The notes beneath the pieces are model-generated. The model saw nothing but the letters and a program-made list of their open reading frames with translations. It had not been told where the DNA came from and ran no database searches. The position numbers were made by a program, and so were the translations under genes. This document shows, one piece after another, positions 29,354 through 39,140 of a stretch of 64,000 nt of DNA. The stretch is taken from contig DATFBD010000140.1 of NCBI GenBank assembly GCA_035254005.1, forward strand, positions 769-64,768. Direction: 5' to 3'. Within the stretch, counting starts at the first letter, position 1; every line of letters starts with the position of its first letter. Origin of the DNA: Burkholderiaceae bacterium. Lineage in GTDB: Bacteria; Pseudomonadota; Gammaproteobacteria; Burkholderiales; Burkholderiaceae_D.

Positions 29354-30211
29354 ATGCGTACCCACGTCAATTCCCTGGGCTTGCTGATCCACGGCGATCC
29401 CGTCATTCCGTTTGTTTATCCGGATCACATAGCCCGTGCCAGCCTCGACGCCTTGCCGTCCCGGCCCGGCATTTACATTTTTCGCGATGACGATGGCGAA
29501 GCGCTGTACGTGGGCAAGAGCGTCAACATCCGCCAGCGCGTGCTAAGCCACTTGCGCACGGCCGAGGAAGGCAAGCTGCTGCAATGCAGCCGCCGCGTCG
29601 ATTTCGAGTGCACCGGCGGGGAGATCGGCGCGCTGCTGCGCGAATCGCAATTGATCAAGCAGTTGCAACCGCCGTTCAACCAGAAGCTGCGCGGCTTGCG
29701 CGAGATGTGCTCGCTGCGCATGGCCGGCAACCTGCCCGAGGTGGTGTTTTCCAGCGAGGTGGATTTCGCCCGCACACAAGGGCTGTATGGCCTGTTCGGC
29801 ACACGGGCGGCGGCGATGGAGACGCTGCGCGAGGTGGCCGATCGCGCCGGCCTGTGCTGTGCCACGCTGGGGCTGGAAAAGGTGGCGCGCGGCCGGCCCT
29901 GTTTCGCACGGCAGTTGCGCCGCTGCGCCGGGGTGTGCGTGGGCGCCGAGACTGCCGAGGCACACGGCGCGCGCGTGCGGGCGGCGCTGGAACCCTTGCA
30001 TATCGCGCCGTGGCCGTTCGCGGGCGCCGTTGGCATTGTCGAGCAAGCGGATGGCGTGCGGCAGGTGCACGTGGTCGACCACTGGTGCTACCTGGGGCCG
30101 CGCGGCAAGGGCCGGCGGCGCAGCAAGGCCGCGCCGCAGTTTGATTTCGACGTCTACCAGATCCTCGTCAGGCCGCTGTCGCAAGGCGGCCTGACGCTGG
30201 AGCTGCCCTAG
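29354..30211 (+). CDS. cho: Cho-like GIY-YIG excinuclease
   Basis: PGIYIF...LYVGKSVNIRQRVLSH, GEIGALLRESQLIK, Cys cluster PCF...CAGVC. Confidence 0.8.
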   Translation: MRTHVNSLGLLIHGDPVIPFVYPDHIARASLDALPSRPGIYIFRDDDGEALYVGKSVNIRQRVLSHLRTAEEGKLLQCSRRVDFECTGGEIGALLRESQLIKQLQPPFNQKLRGLREMCSLRMAGNLPEVVFSSEVDFARTQGLYGLFGTRAAAMETLREVADRAGLCCATLGLEKVARGRPCFARQLRRCAGVCVGAETAEAHGARVRAALEPLHIAPWPFAGAVGIVEQADGVRQVHVVDHWCYLGPRGKGRRRSKAAPQFDFDVYQILVRPLSQGGLTLELP

Positions 30212-30357
30212 GACCGTTCCCGCGCGCGCTCGAAGCTGGCGCGGGTGGTGTCCTCGTCGCGCTGGCCGAACGCGTAGTGCGCTTCCAGCCACATGACGTT
30301 GATGATGGCGGCCGACAGCGCCAGCCCCAGGCCCAGTATCCAGGTGAAATACCACAT
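30208..30357 (-). CDS. cydX: Cytochrome bd oxidase small subunit CydX (49 aa, not in the ORF track)
   Basis: Translated by hand: MWYFTWILGLGLALSAAIINVMWLE...; AAAGGA RBS; follows cydB. Confidence 0.92.
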   Translation of the reverse strand: MWYFTWILGLGLALSAAIINVMWLEAHYAFGQRDEDTTRASFERARERS

Positions 30358-30369
30358 GATGATGTCCTT

Positions 30370-31512
30370 TCAGTATGCCGTGTGTTCGTTGTCGCGGATA
30401 TGTTCCAGCGTGACCTTGCCGCGCACCACGCGGTAGACCCAGCCCGTGTAGCTGACCACGATGGGCAGCATGACCACCACCACCCAGAACATCACGGCCA
30501 GGCTCTTGTGGCTGGCCACGGCGTCCCAGGCCGTCAGGCTGCTGCCCGGCGCCAGCGACGAGGGCAGTACGAAGGGGAACATGGCCGTGCCCGCCGTGAG
30601 GATGATGGCCGCCACCGTCAGGCCGCTGGCCAGGAAGGCCGCCACCGTGCGGCGCAGCAGGCTCAGCATGATGACCAGCGCCGCGCCGGCGAACGCGGCG
30701 ACCGGGAAGGCGCGCGTGAGCGGCCAGCGGGCGTAGTTGTCTAGCCACGCGCCCGTGGCGCGCGTCACCGTCTTGGCGACGGGCATGAAGGCCGTGTTCG
30801 CATCAGGCATGGCTGTGATGCGGTAGCCGGCTATGCCGTAGGCCACCCACAGGCCGCCGGCCGCGAACAGCGCCATCGTCACGACGGCGGCGACGATGGC
30901 CAGCGTGCGGGCGCGGCGCGCGATGGCGCCGTCCGTCTTCTGTTGCAGGAAGGTGGCGCCGTGCATGGCCAGCATGGCCACGCTGAGCAGGCCTGCCAGC
31001 AGGCCGAAGGGATTGAGCAGCTGGAAGAAATTGCCCGCGTATTCCATGCGCATGGTGCTGTCGTACCGGAACGGCACGCCTTGCAGCAGGTTGCCGAAGG
31101 CCACGCCGAAGATCAGCGGTGGCACCAGGCCGCCCGCGAACAGGCCCCAGTCCCAGGCGTTGCGCCAGCGCGGGTCGGCCAGTTTGCTGCGGTAATCGAA
31201 GCCGACCGGACGGAAGAACAGCGCGAACAGGCACAGCATCAGGGCGATGTAGAAGCCGGAGAACGCGGCCGCGTACACCAGCGGCCAGGCCGCGAACACG
31301 GTGCCGCCGGCGGCGATGAACCAGGTCTGGTTGCCTTCCCACGTGGGGCCGATGGTGTTGATGATGACGCGCCGTTCGCCGTCATTGCGGCCCAGGAAGG
31401 GCAGCGACATGCCGACGCCGAAGTCGAAGCCGTCCGTCAGCGCGAAGCCCAGCAGCAGCACGCCGACGAAGCACCACCAGATGATCTTGTAGGTTTGATA
31501 GTCGAATAACAT
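30370..31512 (-). CDS. cydB: Cytochrome bd ubiquinol oxidase subunit II
   Basis: [31 protein letters not shown]. Confidence 0.95.
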   Translation of the reverse strand: MLFDYQTYKIIWWCFVGVLLLGFALTDGFDFGVGMSLPFLGRNDGERRVIINTIGPTWEGNQTWFIAAGGTVFAAWPLVYAAAFSGFYIALMLCLFALFFRPVGFDYRSKLADPRWRNAWDWGLFAGGLVPPLIFGVAFGNLLQGVPFRYDSTMRMEYAGNFFQLLNPFGLLAGLLSVAMLAMHGATFLQQKTDGAIARRARTLAIVAAVVTMALFAAGGLWVAYGIAGYRITAMPDANTAFMPVAKTVTRATGAWLDNYARWPLTRAFPVAAFAGAALVIMLSLLRRTVAAFLASGLTVAAIILTAGTAMFPFVLPSSLAPGSSLTAWDAVASHKSLAVMFWVVVVMLPIVVSYTGWVYRVVRGKVTLEHIRDNEHTAY

Positions 31513-31521
31513 GGTCGCTCC

Positions 31522-33093
31522 TTAGTGCGCGGGCGCGTGGCCTGCTTGTTCCCAGTGGTACTGGCCGGTATGCAGGCTGCTCGGCCCCAGCCGCGCGAAC
31601 TTGAACATCAAGCCCATTTCGATCACCAGCAGCAGCGTGTAGAAACCGATGAAGCCGGCCAGGCTGAAGTACAGGCTGCCCGCTTGCAGCGACGAGGCCG
31701 ACAAGTGGGTGGGCAGGATGCCGGCGATGGTCCACGGCTGGCGGCCATACTCGGCCACCACCCAGCCCAGCTCGGCCGCCAGCCACGGCAGCGGAATGGC
31801 GCACACGGCCAGCCGCAGCAGCCAGCGTTGCGGCGCCAAGCGCTTGCGTACCAGGAAGTAGAACGCGCTGCTGAAGATGAACAGGAACAGCAGGCCCAGC
31901 CCCACCATGGCGCGGAACGACCAGAACAGCGGCGCCACCTTGGGAATGGTGTCGTTCACGGCCAGCCGGATCTGTTCGTCGGTGGCGTCGGTCACGTTGG
32001 GCGTGTATTTCTTCAGCAGCAGGCCGTAGCCGAGGTCGGCCTTGACGGCGTCGAAGGCGGCGCGCGCGGCGGGCGAGGTGTCGCCGCCCTTGAGCCGGGC
32101 CAGCGCCGCGTAGGCCGTCATGCCGCGCCGGATGCGGGCAGCGTGTTCCTGCTTGAGCTGCTTGATGCCGACCACTTGCTTGTCGGCCGAACGGGTGGCG
32201 ATCAGGCCCAGCACGTAGGGGATCTTGACGGCGTAGTCGGTGCGTTCGGCCGCGTCGTTGGGCAGACCCACGACGGTGATGCCGGCCGGCGCCGGTTCCG
32301 TCTCCCATTCCGCCTCGATGGCGGCCAGCTTGACCTTGTTCACTTCGCCAGCCGTGTAGCCCGATTCGTCGCCCAGCACGATCACCGACAGCGAGGAGGC
32401 CAGGCCGAAGCCGGCCGCGATGGCGAACGAGCGCAGCGCGAACGGGATGTCGCGCGCCTTGAGCAGGTAGAAGGCGGAGATGCCCAGCACGAACATGGAG
32501 GCCGTCACATAGCCGGCCGCCACCGTGTGCACGAATTTCACCTGCGCCACCGGGTTGAAGATCACGTCAACGATGCTGACCAGTTCCATGCGCATGGTGT
32601 CGTAGTTGAATTCGGCGCCCACCGGGTAATTCATCCAGCCATTGGCGATCAGGATCCACAGGGCCGACAGGCTGGAGCCGAACGCGACCAGGAAGGTCAC
32701 CCCCAGGTGCTGCACTTTGCTCAGCTTGTTCCAGCCGAAGAAGAACAGGCCGACGAAGGTCGATTCGAGGAAGAAGGCCATCATCCCTTCGATGGCCAGC
32801 GGGGTACCGAAGATGTCGCCCACGTAGTGCGAGTAATAGGCCCAGTTGGTACCGAACTGGAATTCCAGCGTGATGCCAGTGGTCACGCCCATGGCGAAGT
32901 TGATACCGAACAGCTTGCCCCAGAAGCGGGTCATGTCCTTGTAGATTTCCTTGCCCGTCATGACATAGACGGATTCCATGATGACCAGCAGCCAGGACAG
33001 CCCTAGCGTGAGCGGGACGAACAGGAAGTGATACATGGCTGTCGCGGCGAACTGCAGGCGCGACAGGCTGACGACATCATCGAGCGGAGTCAT
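31522..33093 (-). CDS. cydA: Cytochrome bd ubiquinol oxidase subunit I (long Q-loop)
   Basis: SRLQFA..AMYHFLFVPLT, EFQFGTNW, KLAAIEAEW, EYGRQPW. Confidence 0.95.
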   Translation of the reverse strand: MTPLDDVVSLSRLQFAATAMYHFLFVPLTLGLSWLLVIMESVYVMTGKEIYKDMTRFWGKLFGINFAMGVTTGITLEFQFGTNWAYYSHYVGDIFGTPLAIEGMMAFFLESTFVGLFFFGWNKLSKVQHLGVTFLVAFGSSLSALWILIANGWMNYPVGAEFNYDTMRMELVSIVDVIFNPVAQVKFVHTVAAGYVTASMFVLGISAFYLLKARDIPFALRSFAIAAGFGLASSLSVIVLGDESGYTAGEVNKVKLAAIEAEWETEPAPAGITVVGLPNDAAERTDYAVKIPYVLGLIATRSADKQVVGIKQLKQEHAARIRRGMTAYAALARLKGGDTSPAARAAFDAVKADLGYGLLLKKYTPNVTDATDEQIRLAVNDTIPKVAPLFWSFRAMVGLGLLFLFIFSSAFYFLVRKRLAPQRWLLRLAVCAIPLPWLAAELGWVVAEYGRQPWTIAGILPTHLSASSLQAGSLYFSLAGFIGFYTLLLVIEMGLMFKFARLGPSSLHTGQYHWEQAGHAPAH

Positions 33094-33313
33094 TTTTCAT
33101 CTCGGAAGTTGGGGGAGGGGGAATCGATGCCGGCGCGCCGTCCAGCAAGTGCTGCTGGACCTGGGCGGCCGGCATGCGCATATGCTTGGCCTGCGGGTGG
33201 GCGAAGAATGCATGCCACAGCCAGAACAGCAGCGCGCCTTTCAGCAGGAGGGCCAGGCTGATGGCGAGCCACAGTGGCAGGCTGCGCCGCCTGGCTGTGG
33301 GCGGCGGGTTCAC
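33077..33313 (-). CDS. cydP: Cytochrome bd-associated small membrane protein CydP
   Basis: One TM helix with ALLLKGALLFWLWHAFF; overlaps both the regulator and cydA. Confidence 0.72.
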   Translation of the reverse strand: MNPPPTARRRSLPLWLAISLALLLKGALLFWLWHAFFAHPQAKHMRMPAAQVQQHLLDGAPASIPPPPTSEMKNDSAR

Positions 33314-33936
33314 TGGCCGTCCCGTTCGCGGGTGGCGGCGGGCAAACTGGTATCGTCGCCGGCGGAGGGAGCGGCGTCGGGGCGGCCGAAGCGGAATTTG
33401 TCGCGCACCGATTCGCCCACGTCGAGCAGTTTCTTGACCGTGGAACCCATCTTCATCAGCGAGGCCAGCGTGTCCGGCGACAGGCGCTGCACGTCGTCGA
33501 ACCAGGCGCTCGACAGTTCGATCAGCTCATACATTTCACGCATGCGTTGCTGGGCCACGCGGTCGGCGTCGGTGGTGGGCGTTTCCAGCAGGGCGTCGCG
33601 CAGCATGGACAGGGTCGGCTCCACCTCGCGCCGGCGGCGCTCCTCCAGCAAGGCCTTGAAGATTTCCCACACATCCTTGGGCGGCTCGAAATACTCGCGC
33701 CGGTCGTTGGGCTGGTGCAGCAGTTTGACCAGCCGCCACGATTGCAGTTCCTTCAACCCCATCGAGACGTTGGAGCGCGAGAACGACAGCGATTCGGCGA
33801 TCTCGTCCGCGTTCAGCGGGCGGGCGCTCACGTACAGCAGGGCATAGATCTGGCCCACGGTGCGATTGATGCCCCAGCGGCTGCCCATTTCGCCGAAATG
33901 GAGGATGAAGCGTTGCGCCAATGGTGTGAGATTCAT
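33310..33936 (-). CDS. GbsR/MarR family regulator of the cyd operon
   Basis: FILHFGEMGSRWGINRTVGQIYALL, SRSNVSMGLKEL; GTG at 33939 is an alternative start. Confidence 0.88.
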   Translation of the reverse strand: MNLTPLAQRFILHFGEMGSRWGINRTVGQIYALLYVSARPLNADEIAESLSFSRSNVSMGLKELQSWRLVKLLHQPNDRREYFEPPKDVWEIFKALLEERRRREVEPTLSMLRDALLETPTTDADRVAQQRMREMYELIELSSAWFDDVQRLSPDTLASLMKMGSTVKKLLDVGESVRDKFRFGRPDAAPSAGDDTSLPAATRERDGQ

Positions 33937-33958
33937 CACGATACGTGTCCTTTTGAAT

Positions 33959-33976
33959 TTTCAGTAATTCCTGAAA
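33959..33976. promoter_or_regulatory. Palindromic operator, probably bound by the GbsR-type regulator
   Basis: TTTCAG-taattc-CTGAAA about 22 bp upstream of the regulator start. Confidence 0.65.
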
Positions 33977-34042
33977 TTATAGAAGGTTTACGAAAAGTGC
34001 GTAGGGAGGCTAGTTATTTCGATGTAGGGCGGGAAAAAACGT

Positions 34043-34070
34043 TGCGCTATATAATGCGGTATATTGCGAT
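34043..34070 (+). promoter_or_regulatory. ModE binding site
   Basis: CGCTATATA-N6-TATATTGCGAT resembles the ModE consensus ATCGCTATATA-N6-TATATAACGAT; upstream of modA. Confidence 0.82.
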
Positions 34071-34095
34071 TTCCCCATCGTGGAAAGGATTGTTT

Positions 34096-34845
34096 ATGTT
34101 GCGGAAATTTGGTGTGCTTGCGACCGTGCTGCTGGGTGTGGCCGGGACGGCCAGCGCGGCCGATATCACGGTGTCGGCCGCCGCCAGCCTGACCAATGCG
34201 TTCAAGGACATCGCCCAGGCTTACGAGCAGGCCCATGTGGGGGACAAGGTGCAGCTCAATTTTGGCGGCTCCGACGCGCTGGTGCAGCAGATCGCCAAGG
34301 GCGCGCCGGTGGACGTGCTCGCCTCGGCCGACCAGGAGGCGATGGACAAGGCCGAGAGCCAGAAGTTGCTGCGCCTGGGCAGCCGCGCCAATTTCGCCAG
34401 CAACCGCGTGGTGCTGATCATGCCGGCCGCGGCCGGCGTGGAACTGCACGGCGTGGGTGACCTGACCCAGCCCGGCGTCAAGCGCGTTACGCTGGGCAAT
34501 CCGGCCAGCGTGCCGATCGGCCGTTACGCCAGGCACGCGCTGGAACAGGCGCGCCTGTGGGCGGCCGTGGAACCGAAAGCCATCTACGCCACCTCCGTGC
34601 GCCAGAGCCTCGATTACGTGGCGCGCGGCGAGGCCGACGCCGGCTTCGTCTACGCCACCGACGTGGCCGTGCAGAAGGACAAGGTGAAAGTGGTCGCCAC
34701 CGTGCCGACCGAGACGCCGGTCAGCTATCCGATCGCCGCCACGGCCGCCAGCGCCCAGCCCGAGGCCGGGCGCCGCTTCGTCGCCTTCGTGCTGACGCCC
34801 GTTGGCCAGGCCATCCTGGCCAAGTACGGTTTCGGCCGTCCCTGA
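34096..34845 (+). CDS. modA: Molybdate ABC transporter binding protein
   Basis: Signal peptide, VSAAASL, GNPASVPIGRYA, GFVYATD; ATG at 34096. Confidence 0.93.
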   Translation: MLRKFGVLATVLLGVAGTASAADITVSAAASLTNAFKDIAQAYEQAHVGDKVQLNFGGSDALVQQIAKGAPVDVLASADQEAMDKAESQKLLRLGSRANFASNRVVLIMPAAAGVELHGVGDLTQPGVKRVTLGNPASVPIGRYARHALEQARLWAAVEPKAIYATSVRQSLDYVARGEADAGFVYATDVAVQKDKVKVVATVPTETPVSYPIAATAASAQPEAGRRFVAFVLTPVGQAILAKYGFGRP

Positions 34846-34857
34846 GCGCGCTTCGTC

Positions 34858-35535
34858 ATGATGGATAGCCCCGCCTGGACCGCATTGGCGCTGTCACTCA
34901 AGGTGGCGGGCTGGGCCACGGCCATCGATCTGCTGCTGGGGCTGGCGCTGGGCTATTTGCTGGCCCGTTGCCGCTTTCCGGGCCGCGAGCTGCTGGACGC
35001 CATGCTGACCTTGCCGATGGTGCTGCCGCCCACCGTGCTCGGCTACTACCTGCTGGTGCTGATCGGCCGCAACGGCTGGCTCGGCGGCTGGCTGCAGCGC
35101 AGCTTCGGCATCAACCTGATCTTCACCTGGCAGGCGGCCGTGATCGCGGCCGCCGTGGTGGCGTTGCCGCTGGTGCTCAAGGCGGCCCGTTCCGCGTTCG
35201 AGACGGTGGACCGGCAACTGGAGCAGGCCGCCCATGTGCTGGGTGTGTCCACGTTCGGGGTGTTCCTGCGCGTGACCATGCCGCTGGCGTGGCGCGGCGT
35301 GCTGGCCGGCACCTTGCTGGCCTTCGCCCGCTCGATGGGCGAGTTTGGCGCCACGCTGATGGTGGCCGGCAGCATCCCGGGCAAGACGCAAACGTTGTCG
35401 ATCGCCGTGTACGAAGCCGTGCAGGCGGGGCAGGACGACAGCGCCAATGTACTGGTGCTGATTACTTCCGTCACCTGCATCGTGGTGCTGGTGCTGGCCA
35501 GCAAACTGACGCCCAAGCGTCTCGTCAACGACTGA
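34858..35535 (+). CDS. modB: Molybdate ABC transporter permease
   Basis: LPMVLPPTVLGYYLL, FARSMGEFGAT. Confidence 0.94.
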   Translation: MMDSPAWTALALSLKVAGWATAIDLLLGLALGYLLARCRFPGRELLDAMLTLPMVLPPTVLGYYLLVLIGRNGWLGGWLQRSFGINLIFTWQAAVIAAAVVALPLVLKAARSAFETVDRQLEQAAHVLGVSTFGVFLRVTMPLAWRGVLAGTLLAFARSMGEFGATLMVAGSIPGKTQTLSIAVYEAVQAGQDDSANVLVLITSVTCIVVLVLASKLTPKRLVND

Positions 35536-35541
35536 AGCGCC

Positions 35542-36261
35542 ATGCGGATCCAGGTCGATATTCACAAAACCCTGCGCTCGGGCGCCCGCACGTTCACGCT
35601 GGACGCGCAGTTTGCCTCCGACAGCGAGCGCATCGTCATCTACGGCCCCTCGGGCGCCGGCAAGAGCCAGTTGATGAAAGCCGTGGCCGGACTGATGACG
35701 CCGGACGCGGGCCGTATCGCGCTCGGCGAACGCTGCCTGTTTGACCGCGAGGGCGGCGTGGACCTGGCGCCGCAGCGGCGCCAGGTAGGCTATCTGTTCC
35801 AGGATTACGCGCTGTTTCCCCACTTGAATGTGCGGCAGAACATCGCCTTTGGTTTGGCGCGCGGCTGGTTCAATCCACGCGCCCGGGCCGACAACGCGGC
35901 CGTGCGGCACTGGTTGCAGGCGTTCGAGCTGGAGCATGTGGCCCACCAGTTCCCGCACGAATTGTCCGGCGGGCAGCGGCAGCGCGTGGCGCTGGCGCGG
36001 GCGCTGGTGCCCGATCCGCAAGCCTTGTTGCTGGACGAGCCGTTCGCCGCGCTCGACCCCAGCCTGCGCGCGCGCATGCGGGCCGAGCTGGACGCGCTGC
36101 AGCGCCGGCTGGCCATCCCCATGATCTTGATCACGCACGATCCCGACGATGCGCGCGCGTTCGGCGAACACATCCTGCGCATGGAAGACGGCAAGATCGC
36201 GCCGGTGCGCACATTTGAATTCCCGGAGACCAACGATGGAACACGACAAACCGCAGGCTGA
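35542..36261 (+). CDS. modC: Molybdate ABC transporter ATPase (short, no TOBE domain)
   Basis: GPSGAGKS, LSGGQRQR, LLDEPF. Confidence 0.9.
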   Translation: MRIQVDIHKTLRSGARTFTLDAQFASDSERIVIYGPSGAGKSQLMKAVAGLMTPDAGRIALGERCLFDREGGVDLAPQRRQVGYLFQDYALFPHLNVRQNIAFGLARGWFNPRARADNAAVRHWLQAFELEHVAHQFPHELSGGQRQRVALARALVPDPQALLLDEPFAALDPSLRARMRAELDALQRRLAIPMILITHDPDDARAFGEHILRMEDGKIAPVRTFEFPETNDGTRQTAG

Positions 36262-37150
36262 TCCGCAGGCGGGCGGCGCGCCCGCGGTGGCGCCGGGGGC
36301 AGTGCAGGATATGACGCAAACCACAGCGCAAAACATGACGCAAAACATGGTCCCCCCGCTGGCGCTGCAAGGCAATGTGTGGATGACGGTGGGCGGCGAA
36401 AAGCTGGGCGGCCAGGACCGCGTGGCGCTGCTGGCGGCGATCGCGGAGACGGGCTCCATCACGCGCGCGGCCAAGGCCGTCAAGATGAGCTACAAGGGCG
36501 CCTGGGATGCTATCGACGCCATGAACAATCTTGCCGGCGCCACGCTGGTCGAGCGCGTGGCCGGCGGCAAGGGCGGCGGCGGCACGCGGCTGACGGCGCG
36601 CGGCACGCAGCTGGTGGCCAACTTCCGCCAGGTCGCGGCCGAGCACGACAAATTCATTGCCCACCTGAGCGCCCAGTCCCACTGCCTGGCCGACGATTTC
36701 TTATTGATCCGGAAGATGCAGATGCAAACCAGCGCGCGTAACCAGTTCAGCGGCACCGTCACGGCCTTGAAGCGCGGTGCCGTCAACGATGAAGTGGTGC
36801 TGGAGATCATGGGTGGGCAACGGATCGTCGCCACCATCACGCGCGACAGTTGCGACAGCCTGGGCTTGCGCGAGGGCGCACCGGCGTTCGCATTGGTCAA
36901 GGCCTCGTCCATCATCGTCATGACCGACGCGACCGGCGCGCGCCTGTCGGCCCGCAACCAGTTGGCCGGCACGGTGGTGCGGCTGCAAACGGGCGCCGTC
37001 AACACGGACGTGAGCATCGCGTTGCCGGGCGGTGGCACCATCGCCGCCATCATCACGCGCGACAGCGCCGAAGCGCTGGACCTGGCGGTGGGCGCGCCGG
37101 CCACGGCCATCTTCAAGGCCTCCAGCGTCATCCTCGGCACGGCCGGCTAA
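36236..37150 (+). CDS. modE: Molybdate-responsive regulator
   Basis: GSITRAAKAVKMSYKGAWDAI HTH, GGKGGGG, two SARNQ TOBE domains; exact start uncertain. Confidence 0.9.
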   Translation: MEHDKPQADPQAGGAPAVAPGAVQDMTQTTAQNMTQNMVPPLALQGNVWMTVGGEKLGGQDRVALLAAIAETGSITRAAKAVKMSYKGAWDAIDAMNNLAGATLVERVAGGKGGGGTRLTARGTQLVANFRQVAAEHDKFIAHLSAQSHCLADDFLLIRKMQMQTSARNQFSGTVTALKRGAVNDEVVLEIMGGQRIVATITRDSCDSLGLREGAPAFALVKASSIIVMTDATGARLSARNQLAGTVVRLQTGAVNTDVSIALPGGGTIAAIITRDSAEALDLAVGAPATAIFKASSVILGTAG

Positions 37151-37155
37151 AACAT

Positions 37156-37292
37156 AAACCGGGGTCATCATGCTATACCGGGGTCAGGTCATGCTATCAA
37201 GCATCAAGCAGGATGCTTGATGCTTGATAGCATGACCTGACCCCGGTTCTCCCAGACCTTGATGCTTGATAGCATGACCTGCCCCCGGTTTT
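37156..37292. repeat. Compound REP-like element, family A copy 3
   Basis: Truncated left arm 37156-37176, 34-bp perfect hairpin 37177-37247, extra right arm 37258-37292. Confidence 0.9.
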
Positions 37293-37293
37293 C

Positions 37294-38103
37294 CTAGACT
37301 TGGCCCCAGGGCAGGAATTTGGCGGGCGTGGTGCCCAGGATGCGGCGGAACAGGGCGATGAAACTGCTGACGCTGTCGTAGCCGAGGTTCATGGCCACCG
37401 TCGTCACGGACTCGCCGGCCGTCAACAGTTCCATGCCTTTCTGCAGGCGCGCGATCTGGCGCCATTCCACCAGCGACATCCCCGTTTCGGCGCGGAAGTG
37501 GCGCGTCACGCTGCGCCGCGACAGGCCTATGCGTTCGGCCCAGCCATCGAGGTCGGTTTCGTCGGCCGGATTCTCGGCAATGCTGGCCGCCATGGCCAGC
37601 AGGCGCGGATGGCGCGGCATGATCAGGCGCAGCGGGTCGGGTTCTGCGCGCCCTATCTCATCGAGGAACACCATCATCAGGCGCTGCTCGGCCGCGTCGG
37701 CGGGCGAGCCTTGCGGCCAGCCGCGCATGCGCTCGAACAGGGCGCTGGCCACCGGCGACAGGCGCAGCACCTGGGGCTGCGCCGGCAAGGCGTCGCACAG
37801 CGACGGCGCCAGGTGCAGCGTGTAGCCGGCCAGGCCGGGGCGCAGCTTGCTGCCGTGCACGCTGGCGCCGTGCGCCATCTGCGGTGGCACCCAGCCGAGG
37901 CGGCCCGGCGGCAGCACGGTGCGGTTGCCTCCGGCTTCCAGCACAATCAAGCCCTGCAGGGCGATGTACATCTGGCCTTCCGGATGACGGTGGATGTGTT
38001 TGCCCTTGTCTGTCCCGGACAGATCGGCATGGGTGGGCGTGAGCCGCATGGGGAAGTCGGCCGACAGCCGGCGTTCTTCGAAAGGAGGAGGGTGCAAATG
38101 CAT
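37294..38103 (-). CDS. AraC family regulator (cupin + HTH)
   Basis: HRHPEGQ cupin, WVPPQMAH, LGYDSVSSFIALFRRILGTTP. Confidence 0.9.
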   Translation of the reverse strand: MHLHPPPFEERRLSADFPMRLTPTHADLSGTDKGKHIHRHPEGQMYIALQGLIVLEAGGNRTVLPPGRLGWVPPQMAHGASVHGSKLRPGLAGYTLHLAPSLCDALPAQPQVLRLSPVASALFERMRGWPQGSPADAAEQRLMMVFLDEIGRAEPDPLRLIMPRHPRLLAMAASIAENPADETDLDGWAERIGLSRRSVTRHFRAETGMSLVEWRQIARLQKGMELLTAGESVTTVAMNLGYDSVSSFIALFRRILGTTPAKFLPWGQV

Positions 38104-38200
38104 ATTGTGGCCCGATCGCGTTATCTCTTGTCTGGCGCCAGTTAGCCGGACGACGGCGCTGCTGGCATGCTAGGACTTTCATTTATAGCAAGGATTTAAC

Positions 38201-39025
38201 ATGACTGCAATCGATACCGAAGAGGTGCTGGCGCTGTTGCGGAGCGTGGGCGCATCCTTGTGTGACACGTTCTGGCAACTGGAACCGGTGGTGGAGCTGG
38301 ACGAGATGGCGGCCGCGTTCCAGCGCATCGATGGCGAGGCCTCGGCCGCGCTGCGCTGTGGATTGGCCGAGCTGTATCCGCGCATCGGCTGGATGGAAGG
38401 GGAGTTCGACGGCGCCGACAGCGACTACGAGGAAGCCATCGCCTTGCTGGCGCGCGGCGAGTACTGGATTTGCGATGCGATCGACGGCGCCGCCCAATAC
38501 CTGCGCGCGATGCCGAACTGGTCCATGTCGCTGACGCTGGTGCGCGAGGGCATGCCCGTGTTCGTGGCCGTGTTCGACGCGGCCCACGATGAGATGTTCC
38601 ATGCCGTGTGGGGCGGCGGGGCGTGGTGCAACGGCAAGCCGGTGCGCGTGAACGAGCGCGAGAGCCATTACAACGGCGTGGTGGCCACCAACCAGCCGCC
38701 GTTCGCCGTCAAGCAACCGGCGGCCGTCGGCCGCGCCGGCCGGGCGCTGAGCGCGATGCTGCCCGACGTGGCGGCCGTGCGCAACCTGGGCCCCACCTCG
38801 CTGCAACTGGCTTACGTGGCGTGCGGCCGCCTCGACGCGTTCTGGGAATTCGGCGAGGATGGCTTCAATTGCCTGGGCCCGGCGCTGCTGGTGCGCGAGG
38901 CCGGCGGCATGGTGAGCCAGGTCGATGGCGCGCCGTACCGTTTGCTGTCGGGCGACATCGCGGCCGGCCCGCCCCGCGTGCACGCCTCCATGCTGCTGCG
39001 CTTGCAGCAGGTGCTGGCGGCGTAG
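38201..39025 (+). CDS. Divergent inositol monophosphatase-family protein
   Basis: WICDAIDGA, LQLAYVACGRLDAFWE, LLVREAGG; canonical DPxDGT and WD motifs are altered. Confidence 0.78.
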   Translation: MTAIDTEEVLALLRSVGASLCDTFWQLEPVVELDEMAAAFQRIDGEASAALRCGLAELYPRIGWMEGEFDGADSDYEEAIALLARGEYWICDAIDGAAQYLRAMPNWSMSLTLVREGMPVFVAVFDAAHDEMFHAVWGGGAWCNGKPVRVNERESHYNGVVATNQPPFAVKQPAAVGRAGRALSAMLPDVAAVRNLGPTSLQLAYVACGRLDAFWEFGEDGFNCLGPALLVREAGGMVSQVDGAPYRLLSGDIAAGPPRVHASMLLRLQQVLAA

Positions 39026-39036
39026 GCGATCACGGC

Positions 39037-39078
39037 GTCAGCACCGTGGTCAGCACCGCGGTCAGCGCCACGGTCAGG
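39037..39078. repeat. 12-bp tandem repeat, about 3.5 units
   Basis: GTCAGCACCGTG/GTCAGCACCGCG/GTCAGCGCCACG/GTCAGG. Confidence 0.65.
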
Positions 39079-39140
39079 CCGCCACACGGATTGCGCCGGC
39101 CGTGGCTACCGCAAGGTGGCCGCCACGGCCGTGGCGGCGA

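Noticed and set aside
28729-30211. 4-bp stop-codon overlaps of convergent genes (LOG/ygjP TTAA; cho/cydX CTAG)
   Set aside because: A common compact arrangement with no further signal
37156-37292. Possible CRISPR mini-array
   Set aside because: Repeats are inverted arms without unique spacers of regular length, and no cas genes are present
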